DNA of 64,000 bases from an uncultured Chlamydiae bacterium (GTDB lineage Bacteria > Chlamydiota > Chlamydiia > Chlamydiales > JAJFMA01), in the NCBI GenBank assembly GCA_963713615.1, contig CAVQMM010000001.1, forward strand, positions 3,424,001 through 3,488,000, given 5' to 3'. The position numbers and the translations under genes were made by a program. The notes under the pieces were generated by a model that was not told the origin of the DNA, did no database searches, and saw only the letters and a program-made list of their open reading frames with translations. Within the stretch, counting starts at the first letter, position 1. Every line of letters starts with the position of its first letter. Below, one piece after another: positions 30,518 to 43,016 of the stretch.

Positions 30518-30880
30518 ATGAGTAAAAACGAGAACTTACAAAATAAGCGAATCCGCACAGGCGATAAAGTCGTTATCATCGCTGGAAACGACCGTGGCGA
30601 AGTGGGCAACGTGCTTTCCCGCACCGATGACACCGCCATCGTTCAAGGCGTTAATATTCGCAAGAAGCATGTGAAAAAGTCACAGACCAACCCACAGGGC
30701 GGGATCGTTTCTATTGAACGTCCCATTCATGTTTCTAAACTGCAAGCTTGCGGTAAAGATAACAAGCCCGTGAAGCTGAAGGTTAAGACGGAAGATAACG
30801 GCGAGCGTACTCTATACTACCGCAATGGCGATGAAGAAGTGACTGTGCGCTCCATCAGGAAACCTAACCGAGTAAAGTGA
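30518..30880 (+). CDS. rplX: 50S ribosomal protein L24
   Basis: GDKVVIIAG (KOW), PIHVSK. Confidence 0.96.
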   Translation: MSKNENLQNKRIRTGDKVVIIAGNDRGEVGNVLSRTDDTAIVQGVNIRKKHVKKSQTNPQGGIVSIERPIHVSKLQACGKDNKPVKLKVKTEDNGERTLYYRNGDEEVTVRSIRKPNRVK

Positions 30881-30884
30881 GATC

Positions 30885-31445
30885 ATGTCCAGGTTAAAGC
30901 AGAGATATCACGACAAGATCAAGGCCGAACTTAAAGAGAAGTTTGGTTATGGCAATGTCATGCAGACACCCAGGCTGCAGAAGATCGTGATTAACATGGG
31001 TATCGCGGAAGCGACAAAGGATAAAAACTCCATTCAGGACTGTGTCAAAGAGCTTACCGCTCTCGCAGGCCAGAAGGCTGTTCTGACTCGCGCCAAGAAA
31101 GCTATTTCTAACTTTAAGCTTCGTGAAGGCCAACCCATAGGCTGCAAGGTTACCCTTCGTGGGCAACGTCTCTGGGACTTCCTCGACCGCTTTGTGAATA
31201 TCGTCTGCCCCCGTATCCGCGACTTTCGTGGTTTTTCGGATAAGTGTGATGGACGTGGTAACTATACTTTAGGTATCGAAGACCAACAGATTTTCCCAGA
31301 AGTGAACCTCGATGAGGTAAAGCGCACACAAGGTATGCATATCACCTTCGTGACTAGCGCTAATACCGACGACGAATGTGTTGAGCTGCTAAGGCTCGTC
31401 GGCGTACCTTTTAAGAACAGACCCATCGTGGTAACCGTAAATTAG
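30885..31445 (+). CDS. rplE: 50S ribosomal protein L5
   Basis: [21 protein letters not shown]. Confidence 0.98.
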   Translation: MSRLKQRYHDKIKAELKEKFGYGNVMQTPRLQKIVINMGIAEATKDKNSIQDCVKELTALAGQKAVLTRAKKAISNFKLREGQPIGCKVTLRGQRLWDFLDRFVNIVCPRIRDFRGFSDKCDGRGNYTLGIEDQQIFPEVNLDEVKRTQGMHITFVTSANTDDECVELLRLVGVPFKNRPIVVTVN

Positions 31446-31457
31446 GAGCTAACGTTC

Positions 31458-31853
31458 ATGGGTTTAAGCGATCCAATTGCAGACTTCCTCACCCGCGTAA
31501 GAAACGCTCTCATCGCCAAGCATCGTTATACCGAAGTGCGCTGGAGCCGAATGAAAGAACGCATGGCAGAGATTCTCAAAGAGGAAGGTCTGATCGACGA
31601 CTATCTCATTAAAAAAGACGGCACCAAAGGTGTTATCCGTCTGTACCTCAAATACACAGGACGCTCGCCTGTGTTGCAGGGTCTGAAACGTGTGTCTAAG
31701 CCCGGCCTGCGCCGTTATGTGACCTCCGACGAAATTCCTAATTTCTTTGGTGGACTGGGTGTAGCTATCGTTTCTACCTCCCAAGGCATCTTGGTCGGTA
31801 AGGAAGCGCGTAAGCGTGGTATCGGTGGTGAGCTACTGTGTTTGGTGTGGTAA
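31458..31853 (+). CDS. rpsH: 30S ribosomal protein S8
   Basis: DPIADFLTRVRN, SKPGLR, GGELLC. Confidence 0.98.
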   Translation: MGLSDPIADFLTRVRNALIAKHRYTEVRWSRMKERMAEILKEEGLIDDYLIKKDGTKGVIRLYLKYTGRSPVLQGLKRVSKPGLRRYVTSDEIPNFFGGLGVAIVSTSQGILVGKEARKRGIGGELLCLVW

Positions 31854-31870
31854 GGTAAGGAGTATCAGGA

Positions 31871-32410
31871 ATGTCTCGTTCAGGAAATAGACCTATCGTT
31901 ATCCCCAAGGGCATAGAGGTCAAAATCGGCGATGGGCTGGTTATCGTTAAGGGGCCTAAGGCAGTTCTTCAGCAAAAGGTCGACAATACTGTCGATATTA
32001 AGCTTGAAGAAGGTCATGTCCATGTCACCATAGCTGAAAACGGCCGTGGGCATAGTCGTTGGCAAGGGCTCTATCGCAGCCTTCTACAAAATATGGTCAC
32101 CGGGGCGCATACGGGCTTTAAGAAAGAACTCGAACTCATCGGGGTGGGTTACCGCGCCAACGTCAAGGGCAAGACTCTTGATCTTCAGCTCGGCTTTTCT
32201 CATCCTACCGAAGTGCAAATCCCTGAAGGGATCACTGTTAAAGTAGAAAAGAACATCATCACCCTCGAAGGTGCGGATAAACAGGCTGTAGGACAACTCG
32301 CTGCCACTATCCGATCCATCCGACCTCCCGAACCTTATCAAGGGAAGGGTATTCGATACGTTGGTGAGTTCGTACGTAAGAAAGCTGGTAAATCGGCTGC
32401 TAAGAAATAA
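31871..32410 (+). CDS. rplF: 50S ribosomal protein L6
   Basis: GVGYRA, LGFSHP, PEPYQGKG. Confidence 0.98.
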   Translation: MSRSGNRPIVIPKGIEVKIGDGLVIVKGPKAVLQQKVDNTVDIKLEEGHVHVTIAENGRGHSRWQGLYRSLLQNMVTGAHTGFKKELELIGVGYRANVKGKTLDLQLGFSHPTEVQIPEGITVKVEKNIITLEGADKQAVGQLAATIRSIRPPEPYQGKGIRYVGEFVRKKAGKSAAKK

Positions 32411-32451
32411 CACGGGTTAATTGAAGTTGCGGCAAAGCGCAAAGGGAAGTA

Positions 32452-32823
32452 ATGAATAAAATCATTAAGAAGAAAAGACTGATCCGTCAAAAGCGCGCAT
32501 GGCGTGTGCGTGGCAAACTACGCGGTACTGCTGAACGTCCTAGACTCTCAGTATTTAAGAGCCTGCGCCATCTGCAAGTGCAGTTGATTGATGATGAAGC
32601 TGGCCAAACAATCGCTGGGATATCAACCTCTGCCAAGCGCTTCAAAGACACTGAGTTCAATCATAAGAGCAAGGAAGCTGCTGCAGCATTGGGTGACTAC
32701 ATCGGACAGGTGGCCAAGGAAAAGAATGTCGGCGAGGTCATTTTTGATCGCGGCCGATTCAAGTATCATGGCGTCATAGCTGCCCTCGCTGATGCGGCGC
32801 GCGCTACTGGACTCAAATTTTAA
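32452..32823 (+). CDS. rplR: 50S ribosomal protein L18
   Basis: RPRLSVFKS, FDRG.FKYHG. Confidence 0.97.
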   Translation: MNKIIKKKRLIRQKRAWRVRGKLRGTAERPRLSVFKSLRHLQVQLIDDEAGQTIAGISTSAKRFKDTEFNHKSKEAAAALGDYIGQVAKEKNVGEVIFDRGRFKYHGVIAALADAARATGLKF

Positions 32824-32841
32824 ACGAAGCAGGACGCTGAC

Positions 32842-33342
32842 ATGGCGAAGAATAAAGAAGGTTTCGAAAAGACCCACGCTGAGAATGAGCTAGAGGAAAA
32901 AGTCCTCTATGTTAATCGATGCGCCAAGGTCGTCAAAGGGGGACGTAAGTTCAGCTTTTCCGCGCTCATCCTCGTAGGTGACGGTAAAGGTCGCGTTGGC
33001 TATGGCTTTGCCAAAGCTAATGAACTTACCGATGCCATTAAAAAGGGTGGTGAAGCTGCTCGTAGGAATATCATCACCTTCGATACCGAAGGTACTACAA
33101 TTCCCCACGAAGTAACTGTATCCTGGGACGGTGCCAGAGTGTTCCTAAAACCCACCCCTAAAGGTTCTGGCGTTATCGCGGGTTCACAGGTGCGTGCTGT
33201 TCTAGAAATGGCAGGGGTAAAGGACGTCATGGCCAAGAGCTTAGGTTCTAGTAACCCAATCAACCAAGTTCGCGCAACCTTTTTAGCGCTTCAGAGACTC
33301 TGCAGCCGCGAAAAGATTAAGCAAAGAAGAGGCGTAGCATGA
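32842..33342 (+). CDS. rpsE: 30S ribosomal protein S5
   Basis: KVVKGGR.FSF, GSSNPIN. Confidence 0.98.
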   Translation: MAKNKEGFEKTHAENELEEKVLYVNRCAKVVKGGRKFSFSALILVGDGKGRVGYGFAKANELTDAIKKGGEAARRNIITFDTEGTTIPHEVTVSWDGARVFLKPTPKGSGVIAGSQVRAVLEMAGVKDVMAKSLGSSNPINQVRATFLALQRLCSREKIKQRRGVA

Positions 33343-33803
33343 GCACCACACTACATAGTCTAGAAAATCCTACTCGTCCATTTAAAAAAAGAAAACGCGT
33401 TGGTCGTGGCTTAGGCAGCGGTACCGGTAAAACTTGTGGTCGTGGTGAAAAAGGTGCCGGATCCCGATCTGGCTACAAACGCCGTCTAGGCTATGAAGGC
33501 GGTCAGTTCCGTCTATACATGAAGCTTCCACAACGCGGTTTTAGCAACGCCCGTTTTCGTACTGAGTATGAAGTCATTAACCTTGGACAAATCGACGCCG
33601 TCTTTAAGGATGGAGCCATCGTCAATGCTCAAACGCTTAAGGCTCACGGGTTGCTCAGTGGCAATCGACATGGTATTAAGCTATTGGGTGAAGGCAAGTT
33701 GACCAAAAAGGTACATATCGAAGTGGATGCTGCTTCCGCTACCGCCAAAGAGGGCGTAGCAAAAAGCCACAGTACGCTGAAGTTATCCAAGGCGTCATCG
33801 TAG
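33339..33803 (+). CDS. rplO: 50S ribosomal protein L15
   Basis: RVGRG.GSG.GKT.GRG, EGGQ. Confidence 0.97.
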   Translation: MSTTLHSLENPTRPFKKRKRVGRGLGSGTGKTCGRGEKGAGSRSGYKRRLGYEGGQFRLYMKLPQRGFSNARFRTEYEVINLGQIDAVFKDGAIVNAQTLKAHGLLSGNRHGIKLLGEGKLTKKVHIEVDAASATAKEGVAKSHSTLKLSKASS

Positions 33804-33871
33804 GACTTCTGGTCCATTGGAAGCTGAGCGCCATTGAACCGAGACACAACTGATTTCTTAACTGCTAGAGA

Positions 33872-35251
33872 TTGACTAAAGCAATGGAAGCAATTCGTAG
33901 AGTATTCCAGTTACCGGAGCTCCGCGCTAAAATCCTTTTCACCCTCGCCATGTTAGTGGTGTGCCGGATCGGTGGGTATATCCCCGTCCCCGGTATCAAC
34001 GGTGAATTGGCCGTCGGCTTCTTTAGGAGCCAGACTGGTGGGGGCCAAAACTTGTTCCAGTTGGTTGACATCTTTAGTGGTGGTGCCTTCTCGAACATGA
34101 CTGTCATCGCTCTTGGTGTAATGCCTTACATCTCGGCGCAGATTATCGTTCAGCTACTCACAGCAGTATTTCCATCCCTCCAGCGTGAGATGCGTGAGAA
34201 TCCCGACCAAGGGCGACGCAAGATGACCAAGATGGCCCGTACGGGTACGATCATCTTAGCATTTATACAGTCTAGCTTGTTCGCCAGATACGCCCTAGGC
34301 ATGAATATCAGCAGCCCTGGTATCATCGGCCCTGAGTTACTCGAGCTGCAGGCATTCGGAGTGCCCTGGTTCTTCTATTTCGTTTTCATCGCCACAATGA
34401 CCACCGGTACCGTCATTCTTATGTGGATCGGTGAACAGATCACCGAACGCGGAATCGGTAATGGCATGAGCCTCATCATTTGCTTAGGTATCGTCTCGCA
34501 GCTGCCCAAAGCGATTGGCCTGATTATACAACAGCTGAACCTGGATAGTCAGTTGCCTGGGCAAATGAACTTCGCCAGCGTATTGTCCCTCGTTGTCGTG
34601 TTCGTCTGCGTGATATGGGGCACCATTATGGTCATTCAAGGTCATCGTCGCATACCCCTGCAATATGCTCGAAGGGTCGTTGGCCGCAAGGAAACCCAGG
34701 GCGGCAACTCTTACATTCCGCTTAAGATTAACTACGCAGGTGTTATCCCAGTTATCTTCGCTTCCGCGTTGCTTATGTTTCCAGCTACCATCGGGCAATT
34801 TGTCGGTGCAGGGAATTGGGTCGGCACGGTAGCCAACTGGCTATCTCCCGGCAATACCGCTCATCTCGTGTTCTATGTCGTTCTGATTATTGGCTTCACC
34901 TACTTCTGGACCGCTACACAATTTCGTCCCGATCAGATCGCCTCGGACATGAAGAAAAATGGTGCGTTTATTCCAGGCATTCGCCAAGGAAAACCCACCC
35001 AGGAATACTTAGAAAACACCATGAGCAGAATTACTCTGTTCGGTGCAGTATCGTTAGCTTTAATTGCTATCCTACCAAATGTGGTGGGACGCATTATGGG
35101 TGTCCCAACGACCATCAGCTATTTTTTTGGTGGGACCTCGCTTTTAATTATGGTAGGAGTCGTCCTCGACACTCTCAAACAGGTGGAGTCACACCTGCTC
35201 ATGAAGCGCTATGAAGGCTTTATGAAGAAAGGTAGAGTGCGTGGACGATAG
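33872..35251 (+). CDS. secY: Preprotein translocase subunit SecY
   Basis: [31 protein letters not shown]. Confidence 0.98.
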   Translation: MTKAMEAIRRVFQLPELRAKILFTLAMLVVCRIGGYIPVPGINGELAVGFFRSQTGGGQNLFQLVDIFSGGAFSNMTVIALGVMPYISAQIIVQLLTAVFPSLQREMRENPDQGRRKMTKMARTGTIILAFIQSSLFARYALGMNISSPGIIGPELLELQAFGVPWFFYFVFIATMTTGTVILMWIGEQITERGIGNGMSLIICLGIVSQLPKAIGLIIQQLNLDSQLPGQMNFASVLSLVVVFVCVIWGTIMVIQGHRRIPLQYARRVVGRKETQGGNSYIPLKINYAGVIPVIFASALLMFPATIGQFVGAGNWVGTVANWLSPGNTAHLVFYVVLIIGFTYFWTATQFRPDQIASDMKKNGAFIPGIRQGKPTQEYLENTMSRITLFGAVSLALIAILPNVVGRIMGVPTTISYFFGGTSLLIMVGVVLDTLKQVESHLLMKRYEGFMKKGRVRGR

Positions 35252-35367
35252 TAGAGAGATAGCCGAGCAGCCCACAAAAGAGCGGTATATAACAAACCGT
35301 TTGATACTAAGGCGCTCATATGTTAGTATGTTTTCATTGCGATTGAGATAAGGTTAGGAGTTTTTCA

Positions 35368-35736
35368 ATGCCTAGGGTAATTGGTGTCGATATCCCCGAC
35401 AACAAACGGTTGGAAATCAGCCTCACGTATATCTACGGAGTCGGTAGAACGCTGTCAAATGTGATCATTGGTAAGTTGGGCCTAAATCCCAATATGCGAG
35501 CCAAAGAACTCACTGAAGGCGACATCGCCCGTATTAACCAGACTCTTCAGTCTGAATATACTGTTGAAGGTGATCTGCGCCGTCAGATACAAAATAACAT
35601 CAAGCGTTTGATTAGCATTCACAGTTATCGTGGTATGCGACATCGCTTGGGACTACCGGTGCGTGGGCAGCGTACAAGAACGAATGCTCGCACCCGTAAG
35701 GGCCGCAAAAAGACTGTGGCTAAGAAGAAGAAATAA
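35368..35736 (+). CDS. rpsM: 30S ribosomal protein S13
   Basis: [14 protein letters not shown]. Confidence 0.98.
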   Translation: MPRVIGVDIPDNKRLEISLTYIYGVGRTLSNVIIGKLGLNPNMRAKELTEGDIARINQTLQSEYTVEGDLRRQIQNNIKRLISIHSYRGMRHRLGLPVRGQRTRTNARTRKGRKKTVAKKKK

Positions 35737-35760
35737 GCTTAAAAGGAGCGTCGTACGCAC

Positions 35761-36156
35761 GTGAAGCAAGCTGGTTCAAAAAAGGTTACTAAGAAGAAAG
35801 TAATGCGGCATGTCACCTCCGGGGTGGCTCATGTCGCTGCTACTTTCAACAATACTATCATTACTATTACCGATCCCGCTGGCAATGTCATTGCTTGGGC
35901 TTCCGCGGGCACCTCTGGGTATAGTGGATCGCGTAAGTCGTCTGCTTTCGCCGCCACAGTGGCTGCGCAACAGGCTGCTAAGTCGGCTCAAGGACATGGC
36001 CTCAAGGAAGTTGAAGTGAACCTACGTGGTCCTGGCGCCGGTCGTGAGTCCGCTGTCCGTGGCCTGCAAAGCGCAGGCTTGCTCATCTCCATTATTCGCG
36101 ATAAGACCCCTGTTCCTCACAATGGATGCCGACCACGTAAGCGTCGTCGCGTTTAG
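35761..36156 (+). CDS. rpsK: 30S ribosomal protein S11
   Basis: [21 protein letters not shown]. Confidence 0.98.
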   Translation: MKQAGSKKVTKKKVMRHVTSGVAHVAATFNNTIITITDPAGNVIAWASAGTSGYSGSRKSSAFAATVAAQQAAKSAQGHGLKEVEVNLRGPGAGRESAVRGLQSAGLLISIIRDKTPVPHNGCRPRKRRRV

Positions 36157-36219
36157 GGTTTCTTTGTCCGGCCTGAAGAGTGGTAATTAAAATAGTCAAA
36201 GTCTTGCAGGAGTGGCTAC

Positions 36220-37335
36220 ATGGCTGTCAAGTATGGCAAGTTTGAAATGCCTAATAACATCACCGTCGATGAAGCATCGATGACCTCTAACTTCGCCCGT
36301 TTTGTGGCGGAGCCCTTCGAAAGAGGGTTTGGTCATACCATCGGCAATACCCTTCGACGTATCTTGTTGAGCTCGTTAGAGGCTCCAGCTATCGTTTCTG
36401 TTCGCATTGAAGGCGTTCCACACGAATACATGGGCGTTGAAGGTATCATTGAGGATATGACCAATATTATCCTCAACTTTAAAGGCGCATTGTTGCGTAA
36501 GCTTCCAAGTGATAAAGAAGACAATCCACGTGAACTAAGACATCTTACCGCTATCGTCGAAGTCACTCAAGAAGACCTCGATGAAAATAGAGGTCAAGTC
36601 TTTGTCACACTCGATGACGTCGTTAAAGAATCCTATTTCGAAGTGATCAATCCTTCACTGCACCTCTTCACCATCACCAAGCCAATGCGTCGTCAAATCG
36701 ACCTCAGAGTCATGATCGGTCGTGGTTATGTCCCTTCCGAACGACACTCTGATATCGAAACAGCACCTGAAGAAATCCTCGTAGACTCCGCATTCTCCCC
36801 CGTGCGCTTGGTTAAGTATACCGTGGAAAATACGCGGGTTGGACAGGACACAGACTTTGACCGTCTCATTCTCGAAGTGACAACCGATGGTAGAGTCACT
36901 CCAGTTGAAGCGGTATCTTTTGCTTCGCAGATCGCTATTCGCCACTTTGAGGCCTTTAACAGAGCAAAGGATTACGTCCTTTCCTTCGAAGAAGCCAATT
37001 CCGGTGGTGATCGTGATCACGATGAGATGATGGAGAAATTGGGTCTTCGTATCGATGAAATCGAACTTTCCGTGCGCTCGGCTAACTGCCTTGCTGGTGC
37101 TAATATCGAGACCATCGCGGAGCTTGTATCGATCCCAGAGAAGAAGATGTTAGACTTCCGTAATTTCGGTAAGAAGTCGCTCAATGAAATTCGCGCTAAA
37201 CTTTCTGAGATGGGCCTTTCCTTAGGCATGGATCTCTCACGTTTCGGTCTTAATTGCGATAACGTCAAAGAAAAGATGCGTGAATTTAATGAGAAGAAAA
37301 AACTCGCCAAAGAAGGCTCCCTCGTAGAGGAATAA
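36220..37335 (+). CDS. rpoA: RNA polymerase alpha subunit
   Basis: [29 protein letters not shown]. Confidence 0.98.
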   Translation: MAVKYGKFEMPNNITVDEASMTSNFARFVAEPFERGFGHTIGNTLRRILLSSLEAPAIVSVRIEGVPHEYMGVEGIIEDMTNIILNFKGALLRKLPSDKEDNPRELRHLTAIVEVTQEDLDENRGQVFVTLDDVVKESYFEVINPSLHLFTITKPMRRQIDLRVMIGRGYVPSERHSDIETAPEEILVDSAFSPVRLVKYTVENTRVGQDTDFDRLILEVTTDGRVTPVEAVSFASQIAIRHFEAFNRAKDYVLSFEEANSGGDRDHDEMMEKLGLRIDEIELSVRSANCLAGANIETIAELVSIPEKKMLDFRNFGKKSLNEIRAKLSEMGLSLGMDLSRFGLNCDNVKEKMREFNEKKKLAKEGSLVEE

Positions 37336-37345
37336 TTGGAGTATC

Positions 37346-37774
37346 ATGAGACACCTTAATCATAGAAATAAACTAAGCCGCACCAGTTCTCACCGCCGCT
37401 GCTTGATAGCTAACATGCTCAAATCCTTGATTCATCATGGACGCATCGTGACAACTGTCGAGAAGGCAAAGGAATTGCGACGCTATGCTGACCATATGGT
37501 CACCTTGGCCAAGAAAAATGACCTGGCTGCTCGCCGTCAGGCTATTGGTGAGTTGATGATTCGCTTCAATGCGCTAACCTCCAAGCAAGCGCGTGCCGCG
37601 AAAGAAGGCGTAACAAACAGTTACAATGCTGACCGTACCATCATCACCACTCTTTTCGGCGATCTCGGTCCCCGATTTGTGGATCGTAAAGGTGGATACA
37701 CTCGCATTGTACGAACTGGACGCCGGGTAGGTGATAACGCTCAAACGTGTATTATCGAGTTTCTTGAGGCTTAG
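37346..37774 (+). CDS. rplQ: 50S ribosomal protein L17
   Basis: [23 protein letters not shown]. Confidence 0.98.
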   Translation: MRHLNHRNKLSRTSSHRRCLIANMLKSLIHHGRIVTTVEKAKELRRYADHMVTLAKKNDLAARRQAIGELMIRFNALTSKQARAAKEGVTNSYNADRTIITTLFGDLGPRFVDRKGGYTRIVRTGRRVGDNAQTCIIEFLEA

Positions 37775-37788
37775 AACCGCCTATTGGA

Positions 37789-37810
37789 GCAGCCTGTCTC
37801 TACAGGCTGC
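37789..37810 (+). terminator. Stem-loop after rplQ (no U-tract)
   Basis: GCAGCCTGT-ctct-ACAGGCTGC. Confidence 0.45.
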
Positions 37811-37915
37811 CATCCATTCCATCACCTCGCCGATCGTACCTCGGTGGTCGACTATTCTATACTTTACTTCGAACGTCGCCTGAAGTATGATGTCGATAGC
37901 TTATTATGGGCTTAG

Positions 37916-38971
<1,056 letters not shown>

Positions 38972-39027
38972 CGCCGTGGTATATACCACTAACGTGTCGA
39001 TAACATTTTAACAGCGGAATTATATAC

Positions 39028-39942
39028 GTGGACTTTACAAGAGAACCCATTATCGAGACTATTATCACCCCCAGAGAGGGGTTCAAGCTCGTCGTAAGAA
39101 ACAGTAAAGGCATTGGACAAGAAGAGTATTTTGTTGAAGCCGTAGAGATCGTCTCCTTCGGCCAAGCTCTCTTCTTTCGTTCCCTAGAGCGTCCTAAGTG
39201 CTTTATGGTTCCTGTGAGCGATTATGAGCTACTAGAGGCCCGCGAAGCGCGAATGGTCCTCAAGAACGTTGGTATGGATAGCACTATCAAAATCGCCGGA
39301 GGACGCGAAGGCGGCCGCCCGCCACGAGCTCCTGCACGTGAGCGCGAACGCGAACCTGTCGAAAAAGTTGAGACCGAAGAGGTCGCTGCTAAAGCTCCCA
39401 ATGGCACCGAAGCGCGTCCTGACAAAAAACGAGAGCGCCGACGCCATTCCCGACGTCGCCGTGGGGGCCGTGATGACCGGCCCGAAGGTAGTAAATCGGA
39501 AGGAGACGAATTTAATGCAGCCGGTGAAGAAGGAGATAGTCCAAACGAACGCATCGAACTACCAGTTCCGCGCGTAGTTGAGGAACAACCCCGCGAAAGA
39601 CGTGCGGACACCGGAACTTTGATGGCAGCAATATTACCTCCTCCGACACAGCTGATTTCAGAGACCTTAGAACGTTATCGTGAAGATGACCTCTTTCGTG
39701 GCGTGTTTCAGACAATTCCTAAAAATGATGAAGCAAGTGCTGATGAAATTCAGACTGAGCTGAAGCATCTGCAAGGCGTTAATGAAACGGCTGATGAGGT
39801 TACCAGTGAAGACGAGACTGCGCCAAAAGCCTCACGTTCTCGTCAGCGTGCTCCTGAGACCTCAGTTGCAATTCCTGAAGAATTAGTGGCTCCGGAAGAA
39901 TTGGCAAATGCATTCCCCGAGGATGAAGACCTCCCCATGTAA
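39028..39942 (+). CDS. grgA: Chlamydial transcription factor GrgA (CT504-like)
   Basis: FTREPIIETIITPREGFKLVVRNSK N-terminus, basic Arg-rich middle, position after gapA. Confidence 0.8.
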   Translation: MDFTREPIIETIITPREGFKLVVRNSKGIGQEEYFVEAVEIVSFGQALFFRSLERPKCFMVPVSDYELLEAREARMVLKNVGMDSTIKIAGGREGGRPPRAPAREREREPVEKVETEEVAAKAPNGTEARPDKKRERRRHSRRRRGGRDDRPEGSKSEGDEFNAAGEEGDSPNERIELPVPRVVEEQPRERRADTGTLMAAILPPPTQLISETLERYREDDLFRGVFQTIPKNDEASADEIQTELKHLQGVNETADEVTSEDETAPKASRSRQRAPETSVAIPEELVAPEELANAFPEDEDLPM

Positions 39943-40073
39943 TTATGGGTATTATATCACTTTTGTGGCGCTGGCATTCCATGCCTGCTGACTTGGTCGC
40001 ACATGTCTCTTTCTGAAGGAAAAAGACATGTGCGGCCCTATCATCTATACTAATAATTGTCGTCAGGTACCTC

Positions 40074-42053
40074 ATGAGTGTGGCTCTAATGACAGGCTTT
40101 GCTGGAGCCCTTCTTCAGGCTAGCCCTTCCCAAACACTAATGTCTAGAGAAGACCTGTTTTGCATTCCTCCTTGTGCCACAATAAGAGTTGACCCCGACG
40201 CCCGGCGACTTGCTTACTTAGGCTCCCACAGGAATGGGGCTTTGAACCTGTTTCTGAGCAAAGACTTGACACTGACAGATGCACGGTGCCTAACGACATT
40301 CGAAGACCCGGACATAGACTCCTTCTACTGGAGTCCTGACGGCAAGAAGATTATTCTGCTGAAAGATAAAAATGGAACTCGTCAGTTTCACCTTTATATT
40401 GTGGATGTAGAGGCGGAACACGCTACCGATCTCATGGCAGCTTTCAAGGATGGTGCGGCCAAAGTCTTTTGTCTAAGCAATAGCCTGAACAAGGCTATGA
40501 TTGGAATCAATGCTCGTAATCCCGAGTTCTATGACTTATATCAATTGGACTTTGCGACTGAAAAGCTCACACACGTATATCAAAACGATCATTTCATAAA
40601 ATTCGTCTTTAATGACCAATTAGAGATAGTAGCCAAGGAACGCCTGAATCCAGACGGTTCACACACTGTTTTGGATGCAAACGATAGACTGATCTTTGAG
40701 CGAAATATTGAAGACTCTTTTCATACCGAATGCCTTGCATATAACCCTCACGATCTCTCCCTACTGCTGATCGACAACCTCGGTTGCGATACCACACAGC
40801 TTAAGACAATTTCGCTAAAAAACCCTCAAGAACGTACAGTGCTGGGGCATGACCCTCGTAGCGATATCTATGAGGTTATCTGCCATGGTGACAAACCCAT
40901 AGCCTACACCACCTATTTCATTCAAAAGCAATGGTACGCGTTAGACAAAGCTGTTGAACCTCATTTGCAGTACCTGGAGAAGCACCTTGGCTCAGGATTT
41001 GAAGTGCTCAATCAATCTAAAGATGGATTGACATGGGTGATTAGAACAAGCGTGCCTGATCAAGGAGTTCACTTTTGGTTATACCAAAGGGCAACACAAC
41101 AACTGCAGCATCTCTATGCACCTTCTGAAGGGCCTCCCTTGGCCAAGATGTACCCGCTTGTAGTGAATTCCTCAGATGGACTTTCGCTGGTCAGCTACCT
41201 GACACTACCACCAGAACATGATCAGGGAGGTCGTCCAGACACCCCCTTGCCTCTAGTAGTGCTACCACATGGAGGACCCTTCATGAGGCGAGATGTATAT
41301 GAATATGACCCCTATCACCAGTGGCTGGCAAATCGCGGCTATGCCGTATTGAGCGTCAATTTCCGACTGTCGACAGGCTTTGGGAAGTCCTTTATCACGG
41401 CCGGAAACGGACAATGGGGTAAGAAGGCGCACCAGGATATTTTGGATGCTGTGCAGTGGTGTGTCGACGCCGGCATAGCGCAAAAGGAAAAAACAGCAAT
41501 CCTTGGCAGCAGCTATGGGGGGTATGAAGCCTTAGCCGCAGTGGCATTTACCCCTGAGGCCTTTGCTGGAGTCATAGCGATGAGTGGCCCATCCCATTTA
41601 GGAAGTATATTGAATAAAATTTCAAATTATTGGGAATTACCACACAAACCCTTCTCTAGCCGAGTGGTATGGTATTCGAGGCCAGCCTTTGTCGCCAGTA
41701 TGGGTGGAGACCCAAATGATTCTTCCACTGTGCCACACCTGGAAGAGTGTTCGCCGCTCAATTACGTAGATAGAATTACGAAGCCTTTGTTGCTGTTGCA
41801 TGGACAAAATGATCCTATTGTTGCTGCATCGGAATCCGATCAGATATTTGATCGAATGAAATCGCGAGGACAGCGAGTCATTTACGTATCATTTGCGGAT
41901 GAGGGACACGACCTTTTGGAGAACATTCCCTGTCTAGCCTATGCAGAGTGGTTTTTGGCACAGATTTTAGGAGGCCAGTACGAGCCTATGACCGAGATGC
42001 AGCAGCAAATACCAACAATAACGGTAAAGACTAGTGGCTGGGAAGCAATATAG
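40074..42053 (+). CDS. S9 (prolyl oligopeptidase/acylaminoacyl) peptidase
   Basis: PHGGP, GSSYGG nucleophile, HGQNDP, DEGH. Confidence 0.9.
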   Translation: MSVALMTGFAGALLQASPSQTLMSREDLFCIPPCATIRVDPDARRLAYLGSHRNGALNLFLSKDLTLTDARCLTTFEDPDIDSFYWSPDGKKIILLKDKNGTRQFHLYIVDVEAEHATDLMAAFKDGAAKVFCLSNSLNKAMIGINARNPEFYDLYQLDFATEKLTHVYQNDHFIKFVFNDQLEIVAKERLNPDGSHTVLDANDRLIFERNIEDSFHTECLAYNPHDLSLLLIDNLGCDTTQLKTISLKNPQERTVLGHDPRSDIYEVICHGDKPIAYTTYFIQKQWYALDKAVEPHLQYLEKHLGSGFEVLNQSKDGLTWVIRTSVPDQGVHFWLYQRATQQLQHLYAPSEGPPLAKMYPLVVNSSDGLSLVSYLTLPPEHDQGGRPDTPLPLVVLPHGGPFMRRDVYEYDPYHQWLANRGYAVLSVNFRLSTGFGKSFITAGNGQWGKKAHQDILDAVQWCVDAGIAQKEKTAILGSSYGGYEALAAVAFTPEAFAGVIAMSGPSHLGSILNKISNYWELPHKPFSSRVVWYSRPAFVASMGGDPNDSSTVPHLEECSPLNYVDRITKPLLLLHGQNDPIVAASESDQIFDRMKSRGQRVIYVSFADEGHDLLENIPCLAYAEWFLAQILGGQYEPMTEMQQQIPTITVKTSGWEAI

Positions 42054-42077
42054 CATCGTGCTTATATCCCAGTGTCT

Positions 42078-42250
42078 TAGGACCTCACAATCATCACTCG
42101 GCGCGCAGCGCTTTGGTCTGAACGAAAGGACCTTGAGGACGATGACGACAATGAGGACCTTAAGTGACGATGTGTTGAATCTTAAGGTTGGATCTAAGTT
42201 CCTGATCATTAGAGTCCTCATAGTCTTCATCGTCCTCAAGGTCCTTTTCT
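42078..42250. repeat. Truncated REP arm plus GAC/GTC-repeat palindrome
   Basis: CTCGGCGCGCAGCGCTTTGG shared with 1224 and 6967; AAGGACCTTGAGGACGATGA / TCATCGTCCTCAAGGTCCTT IR. Confidence 0.75.
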
Positions 42251-42435
42251 AGGTACCATGTATGAACGCCTTGGTATATTCGGAAATTGGCGAAGTCTCT
42301 ATATACCCTGACGAGACGTTGTTTTATTTTGCGTCCGTGGTTCACTTAAATTTCGTTTGACGCTTAACCTTGCAAATAGTATTGTTTGTATTTTATACTA
42401 TTTTTATCTGCATTATTAACATTAAATGAGTAATC

Positions 42436-42732
42436 ATGGAAAGCAAAGATCCTTATCGCTCGAATAACGAGATTTATTTAAACTATTCTAATTATGGCGT
42501 GACAAATAACAATAACAACAATAATTCGCAAAATATAATAGATGATAATTCTAGAAGATTCTATGGCCGTGACTTTAATCGAGTAACGCGCAATTCCCAA
42601 ATTCCCAGCCCTGCCCAATACAGATCGGAAAGTAAGCATACCTCTACACACTCGTTTAATTTTGAGAATAACGAATCGTGTTTGACTGTAGCTGCATTGA
42701 ATGACTTGTCTTTCAACGACCTTTCTTGCTAA
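42436..42732 (+). CDS. Short Asn/Ser-rich low-complexity hypothetical protein
   Basis: 98 aa ORF with poly-N, AT-rich upstream. Confidence 0.4.
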   Translation: MESKDPYRSNNEIYLNYSNYGVTNNNNNNNSQNIIDDNSRRFYGRDFNRVTRNSQIPSPAQYRSESKHTSTHSFNFENNESCLTVAALNDLSFNDLSC

Positions 42733-42766
42733 GGCGGTGAAGCTTCTTTCAAATATAGGGAAATTC

Positions 42767-42795
42767 TTGACTTGGAATAAGAAAAGGCTTATTTT
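42767..42795 (+). promoter_or_regulatory. Putative tRNA promoter
   Basis: TTGACT-N17-TATTTT upstream of tRNA. Confidence 0.45.
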
Positions 42796-42826
42796 TTAAG
42801 GCAATTCTTCGATCTTTTCATCCTAA

Positions 42827-42910
42827 GCTCGGATGGTGAAATTGGTAGACACAAGGGACTTAAAATCCCTCGGGCGCAAGCCTATGCCGGTTCGAGTCCG
42901 GCTCCGAGCA
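42827..42910 (+). tRNA. tRNA-Leu(TAA), CCA not encoded
   Basis: Acceptor GCTCGGA/TCCGAGC, anticodon arm AGGGA-CTTAAAA-TCCCT, long variable arm, GGTTCGAGTCC. Confidence 0.97.
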
Positions 42911-43016
42911 TTTTGACCTTTAAGACGTTACGTCTTGCTACATGACCTCCTAACCATTGAGATCAAAGAACGTGGGTACCTGGTGGGTACCTACAAGAAA
43001 AATGGGAGGTATTAGT

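Noticed and set aside
25318..37774. Absence of rpsJ, rpsN, rpmD, adk, map, infA, rpmJ and rpsD from the superoperon
   Set aside because: Matches the known Chlamydia arrangement; not novel
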